Below, piece by piece: positions 1-9,489 of a stretch of DNA of 64,000 bases. Under the pieces are notes generated by a model, which saw nothing but the letters and a program-made list of their open reading frames with translations, was not told the origin of the DNA and did not search any database. Both the position numbers and the translations under genes were made by a program. The first letter of the stretch is position 1; each line of letters opens with the position of its first letter. The DNA comes from a virus, in IMG/VR virus record IMGVR_UViG_3300020122_000057, positions 6,827 through 70,826 of that record, one strand, 5' to 3'.

Positions 1-1472
1 CACAGTGTCTCGACATATGGCGCGGAACGAATACCCGCTTTCTCTTTCAACTCACTTGTACCCTCTCCCCACATGGAAACGTACGCCTGCAATAAATCCC
101 CGCTAACGGGTATCGTTATCGCAGAGCTGCCGCCCGTAGCCCCATCATGCCCCTTGCCAATCGCAAAGTTCCCTTCCGTCCATATACCCGAATATGGCGC
201 ATCAATGAACGGCATGCACACTAGTTCCGCATCCGGGTCAGCAGCTAACGCTTCCGCCCGTACTTTCTCCGCTTCCTCTACAGTCTTCACGAGTCTTGAA
301 TCCACGAAACCGTGCCTCGGTCTCATGGGACATGGCCGCACGAACTTCCCCACCATTTGTCCCACAGGCAAGTCCTTAGCCGATCCCCCGATAAACTCCG
401 GTATAGGCAATCCGACACTCGCCAGTGCACTTATTCCTTTCCCCTTTTGTGTCTTGAATTCATAAATCGTCAGCTTCTCATTCTCGCCTACCACGCTATA
501 GCCAGCGCGTTTGTAAGCTTGAGCGCAAGAGGAGCATAGTTTTTCCAATCCCCTCCCGCCACGTCCCCTTTTAGCCGCTTTGAATCCCGTTCCCTTCGCG
601 TACTTGCTTCCGCAATTGGAGCAAGGAATCCATGCGTACTTCGTCTCAGCAATTCCCCCCGGATTGCCATATCGCAGAAACTTAATACCATCCAGCAATT
701 CCGCATCCGTTATCTTGGCGGGTTTGTGGTTCGAGCACCAAATAGTTGTACCCCCGTACTTCTGCTCACTATCCAAATAGACATATCCACTGTGTGCTGT
801 CTTCCCATTCGCTCCCACTTCCCCGGTCTTCTCGCAATAAAACTCCGAGCCAATCGCGTCCCTATGCTCTTTCGCTAGTTCGTAATCCTTCCAGTTCACA
901 ACCGTACTCTTGTACGCGACAGCCTTAGCCACACTCGCACTATTCCCCTTACCCGGCGAGACATAATCCCATACCATTCCCTCATGCTCCGGGAGTAAAT
1001 GGTTCATGCACACGAAAACTAAATTCGCTTTAGAAAAGTGATAAATCTTCCCCCAGTGATCCGTTGTCCCATCGGCTCCCACACTTCCCGATTCGCAAAA
1101 GTATTTGCTATTCTGCGAATCCGAGTGTTTATACGGGTCAGCATGCGCCTTATACTTCCCTTTCTTCGCCACAATTTTCTCAGCCACAGTGGTAGCTACC
1201 TTTTCCGTCGCAACCTTATCCCATGCCGCCGTGTAAATCTTGCTCAATGGCACGCCACTCAGCAGATCAATCGCAACCGGACCTGTGCCAGCAACATCCC
1301 CAGCTTTCGGTTTCAATTCCACATACCCATTATTCAGGTAAAAAGGCTTATGTTGCTGGCACGCATAAATACCCGGCGTGGTAGATTTTGCGCTATAACC
1401 CAACGGCTCCAACTCCCCCGCATGCTTCCCATAAACCCCAGCCGTGCTACACGGACAAATTTTACTTGGCAT
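1..1472 (-). CDS. Large protein, truncated at the window edge: Cys/His repeats, a C4 zinc finger and a putative ATP-grasp (PPDK/PEP synthase N-terminal-like) domain
   Basis: Translated by hand. The frame is open from ATG 1472 (GAGGGAGG upstream) to the window edge and is absent from the ORF track. TQKGKGISALASVGLPIPEF resembles the PPDK motif GGKGxxLxxmxxxGLPVP, followed by FVRPCPMRPRHGFVDSR. Confidence 0.7.
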   Translation of the reverse strand, partial: MPSKICPCSTAGVYGKHAGELEPLGYSAKSTTPGIYACQQHKPFYLNNGYVELKPKAGDVAGTGPVAIDLLSGVPLSKIYTAAWDKVATEKVATTVAEKIVAKKGKYKAHADPYKHSDSQNSKYFCESGSVGADGTTDHWGKIYHFSKANLVFVCMNHLLPEHEGMVWDYVSPGKGNSASVAKAVAYKSTVVNWKDYELAKEHRDAIGSEFYCEKTGEVGANGKTAHSGYVYLDSEQKYGGTTIWCSNHKPAKITDAELLDGIKFLRYGNPGGIAETKYAWIPCSNCGSKYAKGTGFKAAKRGRGGRGLEKLCSSCAQAYKRAGYSVVGENEKLTIYEFKTQKGKGISALASVGLPIPEFIGGSAKDLPVGQMVGKFVRPCPMRPRHGFVDSRLVKTVEEAEKVRAEALAADPDAELVCMPFIDAPYSGIWTEGNFAIGKGHDGATGGSSAITIPVSGDLLQAYVSMWGEGTSELKEKAGIRSAPYVETL

Positions 1473-1498
1473 AAATCCTCCCTCATTTTTCCACGGAC

Positions 1499-1526
1499 AT
1501 ACTACCAGATGCGCGAAACGTGTCAA
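1499..1526 (-). promoter_or_regulatory. sigma70-type promoter
   Basis: TTGACA-N16-TAGTAT with TG extension, just upstream of the 1472 start. Confidence 0.65.
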
Positions 1527-1609
1527 GAGTTATTTTTAGAACAGACTATATACCCGGTCTGTCGGCGGTATGGCGGAATCGGTTAAGCCGATCCCCCGTG
1601 TATCCCGTG

Positions 1610-1813
1610 CTACTTCATGGACGCGACAGCAGTTTCATGTGCCCCTAAACTCACCGCAATAACGTACCTAACCCCCGGCTTAGACTGAGGACTTCCCCCA
1701 TCCCACAGTTTCAACCGCTTGATCCTACGCTTCGATTGCACGAAGTCATACCAATGCGAAGACTTCTTACCACCTTCCGATCCCAACAATGTCTTACCTC
1801 TTGGACGTGCCAT
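1610..1813 (-). CDS. hypothetical protein
   Basis: 67-aa ORF with GAGAGGGA upstream, on the early-gene strand. Confidence 0.5.
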   Translation of the reverse strand: MARPRGKTLLGSEGGKKSSHWYDFVQSKRRIKRLKLWDGGSPQSKPGVRYVIAVSLGAHETAVASMK

Positions 1814-2112
1814 ATTTGTATCCCTCTCTCAATCAATGTTTATGCATCGGCGCAAACATCCCTGCGAGTATCAATCCATACAGAATCCACGCGAGCAAAA
1901 CTCCCCACCATTCATTTTTCAATTTCCCGTCGCAAGCTTTCTCTGAGCACACTTTTGCTACTCCTGTCCCATTCATGCGGATGATTCCCCCTTACGTGCA
2001 TGAAAAATAGTCTAGTCTCCCCGTTCACGATAACCGCACCGCAAAACGGGCATTTAATCGTTTGCTGTTTCATACTCCCTCTTTGATGCGATACCGTGGA
2101 AATAGTTACACG

Positions 2113-2313
2113 TTACGGTCTGCTTGTCAAGCTCTTTTCCCCGCGCACGACTGCGAGGAAATGTTCCGCATTGAAACGCGAATTCTCTTTGTGCAACTCC
2201 AACGCTACTTCCGTCGCCGCGAACACGATCCCCGCTTGCATCCTAGGCTCCGTCACATTCGCATACGCCGCATTCAATCCCCGTGCGATCCGAATATAAT
2301 CCTTGCGTGTCAT
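2113..2313 (-). CDS. small phage protein
   Basis: MTRKDY...NSRFNAEHFLAVV pattern typical of small phage early proteins; GGGAGG RBS. Confidence 0.7.
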   Translation of the reverse strand: MTRKDYIRIARGLNAAYANVTEPRMQAGIVFAATEVALELHKENSRFNAEHFLAVVRGEKSLTSRP

Positions 2314-2315
2314 AA

Positions 2316-2513
2316 CTACCTCCCATTCCTGTGATAAATAGATTCCAACAATTCCGGTGAATCCAATGCAGAAAGCATTCTCTGTAACTCACTGCTAATC
2401 GCTGGGCGAATATCTTTCCAATACGGCTCATCTAACGCTCGCGCGAGTACAGCAATTGCATTCTCCGCACGCAAACGATTCCGTTTGATTCTTAACGCCA
2501 CTTTCTTATCCAT
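2316..2513 (-). CDS. hypothetical protein
   Basis: 65 aa, GGGAGG RBS, tightly packed with its neighbour. Confidence 0.65.
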   Translation of the reverse strand: MDKKVALRIKRNRLRAENAIAVLARALDEPYWKDIRPAISSELQRMLSALDSPELLESIYHRNGR

Positions 2514-2575
2514 GAAATTACCTCCCTACAGTTCCCACTCATGGAAACTGTAGGCGGGTAACTCCCGCCGCAAAC

Positions 2576-2800
2576 TCAAACCAATTTGTTAACAAGCTTG
2601 GAAAGGTACGGAACGATTCCCACCATTCCCCACACTTCCGCATACTCGCCATTTCGAATGTCAACGAAAAATGCGGCATAGTTTCCCGCATCCTTGCCCA
2701 AGTATTCCCGAATTGCCTGTACATCCTGCGAATCTGTGATTAGTTGTAAATGCTGGCCAAGATTCGCAACCGTCCTCATCTTATTTGTGCTTAGAATCAT
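2576..2800 (-). CDS. hypothetical protein
   Basis: 74-aa ORF in a tightly packed minus-strand run. Confidence 0.6.
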   Translation of the reverse strand: MILSTNKMRTVANLGQHLQLITDSQDVQAIREYLGKDAGNYAAFFVDIRNGEYAEVWGMVGIVPYLSKLVNKLV

Positions 2801-2802
2801 CG

Positions 2803-3027
2803 CTAATCCCCACTCTCAATAATCGCGTCACTCATGCTCGCACCGATCCAATCTAGACTACGTTCCGCGAGCGCAAGGAAAGCAATCGGATGCCCGGTTA
2901 TATGAAATATCGCATAGCCCACAATCCCCGCGACAATAAACCCCGTAACCCGTCGCGCGAGAATCTTCTTGAAACTATGCTTCGCATTCGCGCACACTTG
3001 CACCACACGATTCCGTTTGCGCGACAT
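2803..3027 (-). CDS. small membrane protein
   Basis: Start MSRKRNR overlaps the upstream stop; hydrophobic segment VTGFIVAGIVGYAIF. Confidence 0.6.
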   Translation of the reverse strand: MSRKRNRVVQVCANAKHSFKKILARRVTGFIVAGIVGYAIFHITGHPIAFLALAERSLDWIGASMSDAIIESGD

Positions 3028-3188
3028 TAGTACACCGCCCAAGCATCCGTACCGCGAGGCAGTCTCTTCACTCCCATAACGCGTCTCAATTCCGCGAGAA
3101 ACTCCGTTCTCGTAACTGGCCGATCCATCCAATACGGTTTGGACGCACGCATATTACCGATTGTATACACCCATGCTACGTTTTTCAT
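3027..3188 (-). CDS. hypothetical protein
   Basis: AAGGA RBS before MKNVAW. Confidence 0.55.
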   Translation of the reverse strand: MKNVAWVYTIGNMRASKPYWMDRPVTRTEFLAELRRVMGVKRLPRGTDAWAVY

Positions 3189-3210
3189 TTGATTATCCTT
3201 TCCGGGATTA

Positions 3211-3259
3211 AATACCTCCCATTGGCCAGCACACGCATGCACTGGCCTAGCGAAGTACT
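3211..3259 (-). promoter_or_regulatory. intergenic stem-loop, copy 1 (possible RNA processing site)
   Basis: AGTACTTCG-CTA-GGCCAGTGCAT..GTGTGCTGGCC-AAT-GGGAGGTATT. Confidence 0.5.
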
Positions 3260-3277
3260 CAAGTATGAGTTAACGTG

Positions 3278-3481
3278 TTAGTTCACTACTTCGCTAAACT
3301 TATCCCCGCGAGAAAACTTTCCCGCCTCAGTAATCACGGCATAGCGAGTATCATTCTCCCGTTCAAGCAAAGCTTTCTTGAAAACAAACTTCGCCGCTGG
3401 CAACGTTAATTGCTGTCCTAGAATCTGTAACACTTCCTTATCCACGACAGACACTTCTAGAACATCATAATGATGCAACAT
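3278..3481 (-). CDS. hypothetical protein
   Basis: 67 aa, GGGAGG RBS. Confidence 0.65.
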   Translation of the reverse strand: MLHHYDVLEVSVVDKEVLQILGQQLTLPAAKFVFKKALLERENDTRYAVITEAGKFSRGDKFSEVVN

Positions 3482-3499
3482 TGTTTCCTCCCTTTAGAG

Positions 3500-3551
3500 A
3501 ATAACTCCCAGTGAGCGTACTCCAGCTTCGAATACGCTCTAGCGAATTACT
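3500..3551 (-). promoter_or_regulatory. intergenic stem-loop, copy 2
   Basis: AGTAATTCG-CTA-GAGCGTATTC..GAGTACGCTC-ACT-GGGAGTTATT, same architecture as 3211-3259. Confidence 0.5.
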
Positions 3552-3753
3552 CCGCTCCCTCAGCAGCCGAATAGATGATCCCCTTGTCTATCATCTCAAT
3601 TGCCGCGCGGCCATAACTCCCCTGCAATTGCCATGCTAGCCCAGTGTCTACAAGCTTCTGAAACAATTCCGCTACTTCCTCATCATTTAATTCCCCATTC
3701 TCGAACGCGATAATCTTCCCCGTGATATCGTACTGACTCGCCTTGTGTGCCAT
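3547..3753 (-). CDS. small phage protein
   Basis: FQKLVDTGLAWQLQGSYGRAA motif recurrent in small phage proteins; GGGAGG RBS. Confidence 0.75.
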   Translation of the reverse strand: MAHKASQYDITGKIIAFENGELNDEEVAELFQKLVDTGLAWQLQGSYGRAAIEMIDKGIIYSAAEGAE

Positions 3754-3809
3754 GTTTTCCTCCCTTTCAATTGTCCATTAGATGCGTCATACCCCGAAAA
3801 GTTACAGCG

Positions 3810-4061
3810 TCAAACCAATTGACTAACAGACTCAATTCGTTGCACCAATACCGCCTCTTGATGATTCCGCGTCTTTACCTCATCCGCAATTGCACGCACA
3901 TCATTCTCTCGATCCGTATCAATCTCAATTGCGAGACTCTTCTCGCCTATCCCTTTCCAATACCCCAGCATAGGAATAATCGAGAATGCGTCAAACTTCC
4001 GTTTGAGTATCGCCACAATTCCCTTTCGATCCTTATCCTCAGTGAGAATACGATATGTCAT
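3810..4061 (-). CDS. hypothetical protein, possibly P-II/ferredoxin-like fold
   Basis: GYWKG..E.S..IEI...QEAVL pattern. Confidence 0.65.
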   Translation of the reverse strand: MTYRILTEDKDRKGIVAILKRKFDAFSIIPMLGYWKGIGEKSLAIEIDTDRENDVRAIADEVKTRNHQEAVLVQRIESVSQLV

Positions 4062-4240
4062 TTCGCGTCATACCTCCTCATCCTCAATTCCCTCTTTGCT
4101 TCCTGTAATCGTGCATTATCCTCCGGCGAATTGAGAATGGACATTGTACTCAACGCCCGGACCATATTCTTCAATTCCCATGTAGCACGCGCAAGCATAG
4201 GTCTTCCCAGTCGCCTAGCGTCGTCCTGAATTGTTGACAT
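4058..4240 (-). CDS. hypothetical protein
   Basis: 60 aa, ATGA overlap with the next gene. Confidence 0.6.
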   Translation of the reverse strand: MSTIQDDARRLGRPMLARATWELKNMVRALSTMSILNSPEDNARLQEAKRELRMRRYDAK

Positions 4241-4387
4241 TATCCTTTGGCCTTTCCCATACCAGCGTGATACCGCTTACCAGTACGATAAGTACGATAA
4301 CTGCTATCGTGAGCATGTTCCCTCATTTTCCGACACGCATAGAGCGTATCATCGGAGAATCCTGTCACAATTCCCCTGTGATACGTT

Positions 4388-4762
4388 CTATTGCTTCACA
4401 TCCTCCGGTTTGCACGTCGCCTCAATCCATGCGCCATTGCTACCCTTAATCCTCACAGTGACGCGATTGCAATCCGTCTCTTGCTTCGCCAACAGAGTAA
4501 ATATCTCTTTGGCCGCCATCAGCGCCATTCGCTCACAACTCATAGCCTGCCACTTTTCCGCAAGCTTCCCGAAACGTTTCTCAAAGTAACTCCCAATGTA
4601 CTCGTTATTGAGTACGTATCCTTCAGGGGTTAACCGTGTGTCATTCGCGTCAATCTTCACATACCAATGATAAACGCGCGTTCTCATGGCCGCACACTTG
4701 CACGGGTTAACTATCATATTCGTTGCGTGTGTCTTGCCGCTACGTTCAAGACTCAATTGCAT
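4388..4762 (-). CDS. QueD/PTPS-like T-fold protein (divergent)
   Basis: LTPEGYVLNN and SCERMA resemble the QueD G.v.Df and t.EnlA segments; the His motifs are not evident. Confidence 0.4.
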   Translation of the reverse strand: MQLSLERSGKTHATNMIVNPCKCAAMRTRVYHWYVKIDANDTRLTPEGYVLNNEYIGSYFEKRFGKLAEKWQAMSCERMALMAAKEIFTLLAKQETDCNRVTVRIKGSNGAWIEATCKPEDVKQ

Positions 4763-4919
4763 AAACTTCGATCCTCCTCTTTATCCTCAGATTTGATTCG
4801 TTAGACGAATCGAACGTGATACCCTCAGATACCACGTTTGCCGCGTCTAGCGTATCCACGCCATAGCTAGGATGCACGCAATAATCCAAAGTAACAGTTT
4901 CAGCGCTGGCCGTCCGACG

Positions 4920-5231
4920 TTATCCCACATGATACCTACTCCGCGCGTATGCCGTCGCATCCTCTGCCTGATAGCTCGGTCCACCGTCCCATGAACCGCG
5001 AACGTGGGCAATGGGAATAATCTCCCGTGTCGGCAATCCCTGAATTCCCGTCAACGTCCCTTGCAGTCTCCGCGCCACATAGCACGCATAGAAACGATGC
5101 CAATTTGCATTCTCAGATTCAATCTCCCGCCGATCCTGTCCAGTCTTTTCCATGTCCAGAATCAATGAATGATGCGCATCCGCCGCGTCCCTCAAAGCAT
5201 TCTCCAATACCGCCTGCATTGACTTTTCCAT
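4920..5231 (-). CDS. hypothetical protein
   Basis: GAGGAGG RBS, directly downstream of a promoter. Confidence 0.65.
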   Translation of the reverse strand: MEKSMQAVLENALRDAADAHHSLILDMEKTGQDRREIESENANWHRFYACYVARRLQGTLTGIQGLPTREIIPIAHVRGSWDGGPSYQAEDATAYARSRYHVG

Positions 5232-5268
5232 GATATCCTCCTCACCCGCGAAGTATCGCGGTATCGGC

Positions 5269-5296
5269 ATAATATACCGGGGAAAATTCCTGTCAA
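5269..5296 (-). promoter_or_regulatory. sigma70-type early promoter
   Basis: TTGACA-N16-TATTAT at the head of the leftward early genes. Confidence 0.6.
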
Positions 5297-5911
5297 GTAC
5301 CAATCTAATCCCAGTTGCAAACTAGTTGCAACTAGACGAAAATAATTGCGCTAACTTGGCATCTTACATGCAAGTGTGTCCAAACGTACACAGTTATACA
5401 ATAAAATGTATATTGTAAGTGTGTGAAAATAGGGAAGATAAAGTCACTTAGAATCAATCGGTTAGGGGAGTGTAATAGTTGTACATCCAAACTTCCCGCC
5501 ACATTACCCGTGTATTTTCTACACGATCCGAAATAGCCGCTATATAGCACCAACGGCGCGTACGCTCAGTACGTAGGGTACAGCGACCAGTGGGCGTCCG
5601 TCTCTACGCTCGACGCGCCCTTCACGCCTCGTGTGGCGTCGTGGCTAGGACAATAAAGGGAAAGACCCCCAGTGGGTATGGATGTACGTACTTGACCGTG
5701 TAAAATTTTCCTAAATTTATATCACTAGGAAAAATGGACACGACGCTCTCATTTCGTAAGTTTACGGGCACCGCAACGGCGGCAATTTGGATATTTTTCG
5801 TCCCAAAGGTGGTCGGGGAAGTAGTGGGAGCCGTCGTGGGTAAGGATTGGAATTTCTGGATAGAGCATGCGCCAGTAGGTGGCGTTATGCCCAAATTGGA
5901 CGATGACGCAT

Positions 5912-6109
5912 TTACCTAGGATCGCTACAGGATTCATAGTAGAAGCAGGAGATACAGTGATATTTGCATCGTTCATGGTATAGTTCCATCCCACAATTGG
6001 GACAGATGCGGGGAGATTGGCCGAGGTGGTCTATATTGCATTCGGGGGAATTGGGTTTCGTCGTGAGGAAAAATATTATTTTCTTCAAGTATCCGTACAT
6101 GAGTTGCAT
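5912..6109 (-). CDS. small CPxCG zinc-finger protein (start uncertain)
   Basis: CPNCG..CKYHCISCFYYESCSD. Confidence 0.5.
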   Translation of the reverse strand: MQLMYGYLKKIIFFLTTKPNSPECNIDHLGQSPRICPNCGMELYHERCKYHCISCFYYESCSDPR

Positions 6110-6142
6110 GGTAACTTACTTTAATGCTAACGTGCAACTAGA

Positions 6143-6481
6143 ATGTTCCAACATATCGAGAAGCGTCATGTTGAGAACGCCGCCAAGAATGTGCGGCAAT
6201 TCATTCGCGGGATATCACCGGAGGTTAAGGAGAGATTGTCGAAGGTTAGTAACTTCTTCCACGAGGATAAGTCTTGGGAAGTAGCATGTGCGAGATGGGA
6301 AGAGATTATCATTAACGCGATACTTGCCGATGCGGATGAGGATAATACGAATCTTCATGCAAACGTAATGGGCATACTTTCGCTAATGTTCGCAATTGGT
6401 TTTGATTCAGGATTGCAGTACGCAGCCGATAGTGAGGTAGAGAAGCTTCTAAAGGAATCCAATGGAAAACATTCCTCGTAA
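6143..6481 (+). CDS. hypothetical protein
   Basis: 112 aa, first gene of the plus-strand block. Confidence 0.6.
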   Translation: MFQHIEKRHVENAAKNVRQFIRGISPEVKERLSKVSNFFHEDKSWEVACARWEEIIINAILADADEDNTNLHANVMGILSLMFAIGFDSGLQYAADSEVEKLLKESNGKHSS

Positions 6482-7091
6482 ACCCGGAAGGCCGTCGAAG
6501 TATCCTGCTAATTGGACGAACGCGCAAAAGCAGGCTGCACGCAGAATGGCGAAGCTCGATCATCCGCTGGATGATTTAGTCCCGCCGCCAAATCTTGAAG
6601 CGAAGTTTACGATATTCAATTACAGTAAGGTAGAGGTAGCGGATTATCTCGCTCGTGTAGTCTTCGGCCACCACATGGATTATGCCGAGGCTATAAAGTT
6701 TCTCCGTCCCAAGGCTGACATGGGAGATTGCGTTGCGCTGGCAGCGGATATGGAGAATAATGAATATGTACGGGCTGCTATGGAGAGACTATTTAAGTCT
6801 CTAGGCATTGACGATGAAAGCCGTAAGCAGTTTGTACAGGAAATCTGGAAGTGGTTTTATGGTAGCGATACCGATTTGAAACTCCAAGCTTCCCGTGTAT
6901 TGGCAAAAGTCTTCTTTGGTGAAGACAAGCAACAACCCGCTGCTGAATCCTTGAAGATTGAAGGATTAGAGGGCGGGTTGGAACGTATGTTCTCGCAAAA
7001 TCAACGTGAGCCGGAAGTAGCGGAAGTTCGGGATGAACCGGAAGTAATTGAAACTAACGCTACGTATATTATGAAGGGTCGGCACGAATAA
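6462..7091 (+). CDS. putative terminase small subunit
   Basis: N-terminal KPGRPSKY, helical, upstream of the large terminase. Confidence 0.45.
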   Translation: MENIPRKPGRPSKYPANWTNAQKQAARRMAKLDHPLDDLVPPPNLEAKFTIFNYSKVEVADYLARVVFGHHMDYAEAIKFLRPKADMGDCVALAADMENNEYVRAAMERLFKSLGIDDESRKQFVQEIWKWFYGSDTDLKLQASRVLAKVFFGEDKQQPAAESLKIEGLEGGLERMFSQNQREPEVAEVRDEPEVIETNATYIMKGRHE

Positions 7092-7363
7092 TGTTTGGAA
7101 GCATTCCAGCTAGTCGCGGAGTTAATAGCACGTATAGTCCGGCAAGTAGTATTCCCAGTGAAGGTGGTCAGTCGCCGCAGTCGGAAATGAGACGCGGTAA
7201 TGAGCGTCCACAGGTAGGCTGGCGAAATAAAGGAAACGCAGGCAATTCTGATGCTGGCGGCGGTTCGAAATTCAATATGAATACTCCCCGTGTTTCTGGC
7301 GGTGGAGTTATCGGTCCTCCAATGGGCGGCGGTCGAGTGAGGATCGGAATGGATAGACTCTAA
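7091..7363 (+). CDS. Gly/Ser-rich disordered protein
   Basis: TAATG coupling; low-complexity composition. Confidence 0.6.
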   Translation: MFGSIPASRGVNSTYSPASSIPSEGGQSPQSEMRRGNERPQVGWRNKGNAGNSDAGGGSKFNMNTPRVSGGGVIGPPMGGGRVRIGMDRL

Positions 7364-7719
7364 TGTGGCAAAGAAATAAAAACACGACAGTATACGCAAA
7401 TACTTCCCCTTCGCTAGATAAGGGCGGAAGTGTTAACGGCACAGACTCACCGGGTGGAAGTTTCGGCAAGAGTGTCTCCTATGTAAACGACAACCAGTTT
7501 AGTAATACTAACACTGGCGCTGGAGCGGGGCGCTATCATCCCCGGCATCTATATGGCCGTAGAGGACGCACGCAAGGCCCACAGACACAGGGCGGGACGA
7601 GCGGCGGATTCAATAAACTAGCCGGAAGCTGGATTGGAAGCAGTCCGAATAGCTCTGGACGGACACCAAGTATTGCCGGAATTTTCACCGGACAAGGAAA
7701 TCCGGGTGGGGCATATTAA
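7363..7719 (+). CDS. Gly/Ser/Asn-rich disordered protein
   Basis: TAATG coupling on both sides. Confidence 0.6.
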   Translation: MWQRNKNTTVYANTSPSLDKGGSVNGTDSPGGSFGKSVSYVNDNQFSNTNTGAGAGRYHPRHLYGRRGRTQGPQTQGGTSGGFNKLAGSWIGSSPNSSGRTPSIAGIFTGQGNPGGAY

Positions 7720-7880
7720 TGGATGCGCTTAATGGAGTGACGCCCGAGATTCGGGAGAAGTTTGCAGAATTGGCGAAGAATATTGCCGATGAGCTTGCTC
7801 TCGGCGAAGATAAACAAGTTCTATACATTCTCGAACAAGCATTAGGACAAGCTTACGTAGCTGGTAAGAACGGAGGTTAA
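7719..7880 (+). CDS. small hypothetical protein (53 aa)
   Basis: Manual translation MDALNGVTPEIREKF...; TAATG coupled; fills the gap before the terminase. Confidence 0.6.
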   Translation: MDALNGVTPEIREKFAELAKNIADELALGEDKQVLYILEQALGQAYVAGKNGG

Positions 7881-7887
7881 TACCTCC

Positions 7888-9489
7888 ATGCCAGTAAATC
7901 AATTTAAAGCACGAACTGAGGACGTAAAGCTAGATTCGTTAGCGTTACGAACCTTACAATCTCAGTATGAGTATATATTCTCTCCGCGTACATATACTGC
8001 ACTAGATGGCGGCTGGGGTAGTGGTAAGACGCACGCAGCCTGTATTAAAGCTTTAATTCTTTCCTATTACTTTCCCGGAAATCTTGGTCTCATTGGGCGC
8101 TTCAACGCAACCGACTTGCAGGACTCGACTATGGTGAACTTCTTCGAAGTCTGCCCCAAGTCGTGGATAAAGAGCTATAATAAATCGCGTAAGTGGCTCA
8201 CGTTCCATAACGGCTCGCAGATAGCTTTCCGTCATCTTAACGATCCCAATCCAAAACGCTCCCACATCGCAGGTATGAACCTTGGCTGGTTTATGATTGA
8301 CCAAGCTGAGGAATGCGGTCCCGAGCATTGGCACACATTAACTGGCCGTCTTCGCCGCCCTGATGCGAAGAAACGATTTGGATTCCTTACAGCTAACCCA
8401 AACGGTAAGGACTGGGTATACGATTTATTCTTCTCCCGCCCCCCTACTCGCAAACTAAACAACTACGCCACCTGCTATGACGAAGGGGATATGCTTGGTA
8501 TCGCCGTCCGTTCGGAAGAGAATCGTAAGTCAAATGGTGGATTCGTGGATGATAGCTATTACGATGGTCTGCGGCAAAATATGCCTGCGGAATGGGTAGC
8601 GAGATTCCTCGATTGTTCCTTCGAAGACTTCTCAGGCAAAATCTACAAAGAATTCACTCTCGATAGCGTTCATAACATCGAACCCTTTACAATTCCCCGT
8701 CACTGGAAATCCGTAATAGGTATCGACGTAGGTGGAGATGCCCCGTGGGGAATCCCTATTGGCCGCATAGACGAAATTGGAAACATAATCTGGACAAGCG
8801 AGTTCTACAAACCCTCCGTGAACGTGGGAGAAGTAGTATCATGGTTAAAGTTAAACGTCGCCGCTTGGAACGATGCCGACAATCTTTACGTGATTGATCC
8901 TGAGAATAAACTGGCCATGCTTGAATTGGCTGACGCGAATATCCACTGCCGCCCAGCGCAGAAAGGCCGTGGCAGTGTCCGTCCCGGAATTATTCGCGTT
9001 GGTGGATACATGCACGTAAATCCTACGCTTCCCCTACCCACTTGGTATAGCCAAACGCAGCCGCATGATCGCGTGAATCATTACAAAGTTCTCGGTAGCC
9101 CCCGGATGTTCTTTTTCAATAACCTCTCCAATACGCGTAAGGAACTAGATACCTACGCATGGGACCCAAATAAGCCGGGAAGTCCAATCAAAGAACATGA
9201 CCATATTTGTGACGCTATTCGTTACATAACTATGGCCCGTCCACATCCTTCCGAGCTAAAAGCCATTGACGAGAAGCGTGAAACTCTCCGCCGTATAGAC
9301 CCCGGCACTGCCGCAATGTGGGATGCGTACGATAAGCGAGTCGCAGCGAGACAAGCCAAATTCTCCGGTAATCCAAAACTCTCCGAACTCTTCACCGAGA
9401 CAGACCGCCCTCAACGCTCCGCTACCGATACTGGCGATGATTTGCAGGAATATGGGGATGGGCTATATGATTGGTCGGAGGGGGTATAA
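7888..9489 (+). CDS. terL: terminase large subunit
   Basis: Walker A GGWGSGKT, Walker B-like FMIDQAEE, coupling motif LTANP, nuclease motifs GIDVG and DHICDAIRY. Confidence 0.95.
   Translation: MPVNQFKARTEDVKLDSLALRTLQSQYEYIFSPRTYTALDGGWGSGKTHAACIKALILSYYFPGNLGLIGRFNATDLQDSTMVNFFEVCPKSWIKSYNKSRKWLTFHNGSQIAFRHLNDPNPKRSHIAGMNLGWFMIDQAEECGPEHWHTLTGRLRRPDAKKRFGFLTANPNGKDWVYDLFFSRPPTRKLNNYATCYDEGDMLGIAVRSEENRKSNGGFVDDSYYDGLRQNMPAEWVARFLDCSFEDFSGKIYKEFTLDSVHNIEPFTIPRHWKSVIGIDVGGDAPWGIPIGRIDEIGNIIWTSEFYKPSVNVGEVVSWLKLNVAAWNDADNLYVIDPENKLAMLELADANIHCRPAQKGRGSVRPGIIRVGGYMHVNPTLPLPTWYSQTQPHDRVNHYKVLGSPRMFFFNNLSNTRKELDTYAWDPNKPGSPIKEHDHICDAIRYITMARPHPSELKAIDEKRETLRRIDPGTAAMWDAYDKRVAARQAKFSGNPKLSELFTETDRPQRSATDTGDDLQEYGDGLYDWSEGV

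Noticed and set aside
73-1586. Plus-strand ORFs 73-465 and 1038-1586
   Set aside because: They are antisense shadows of the long minus-strand gene, which has an RBS and a promoter.
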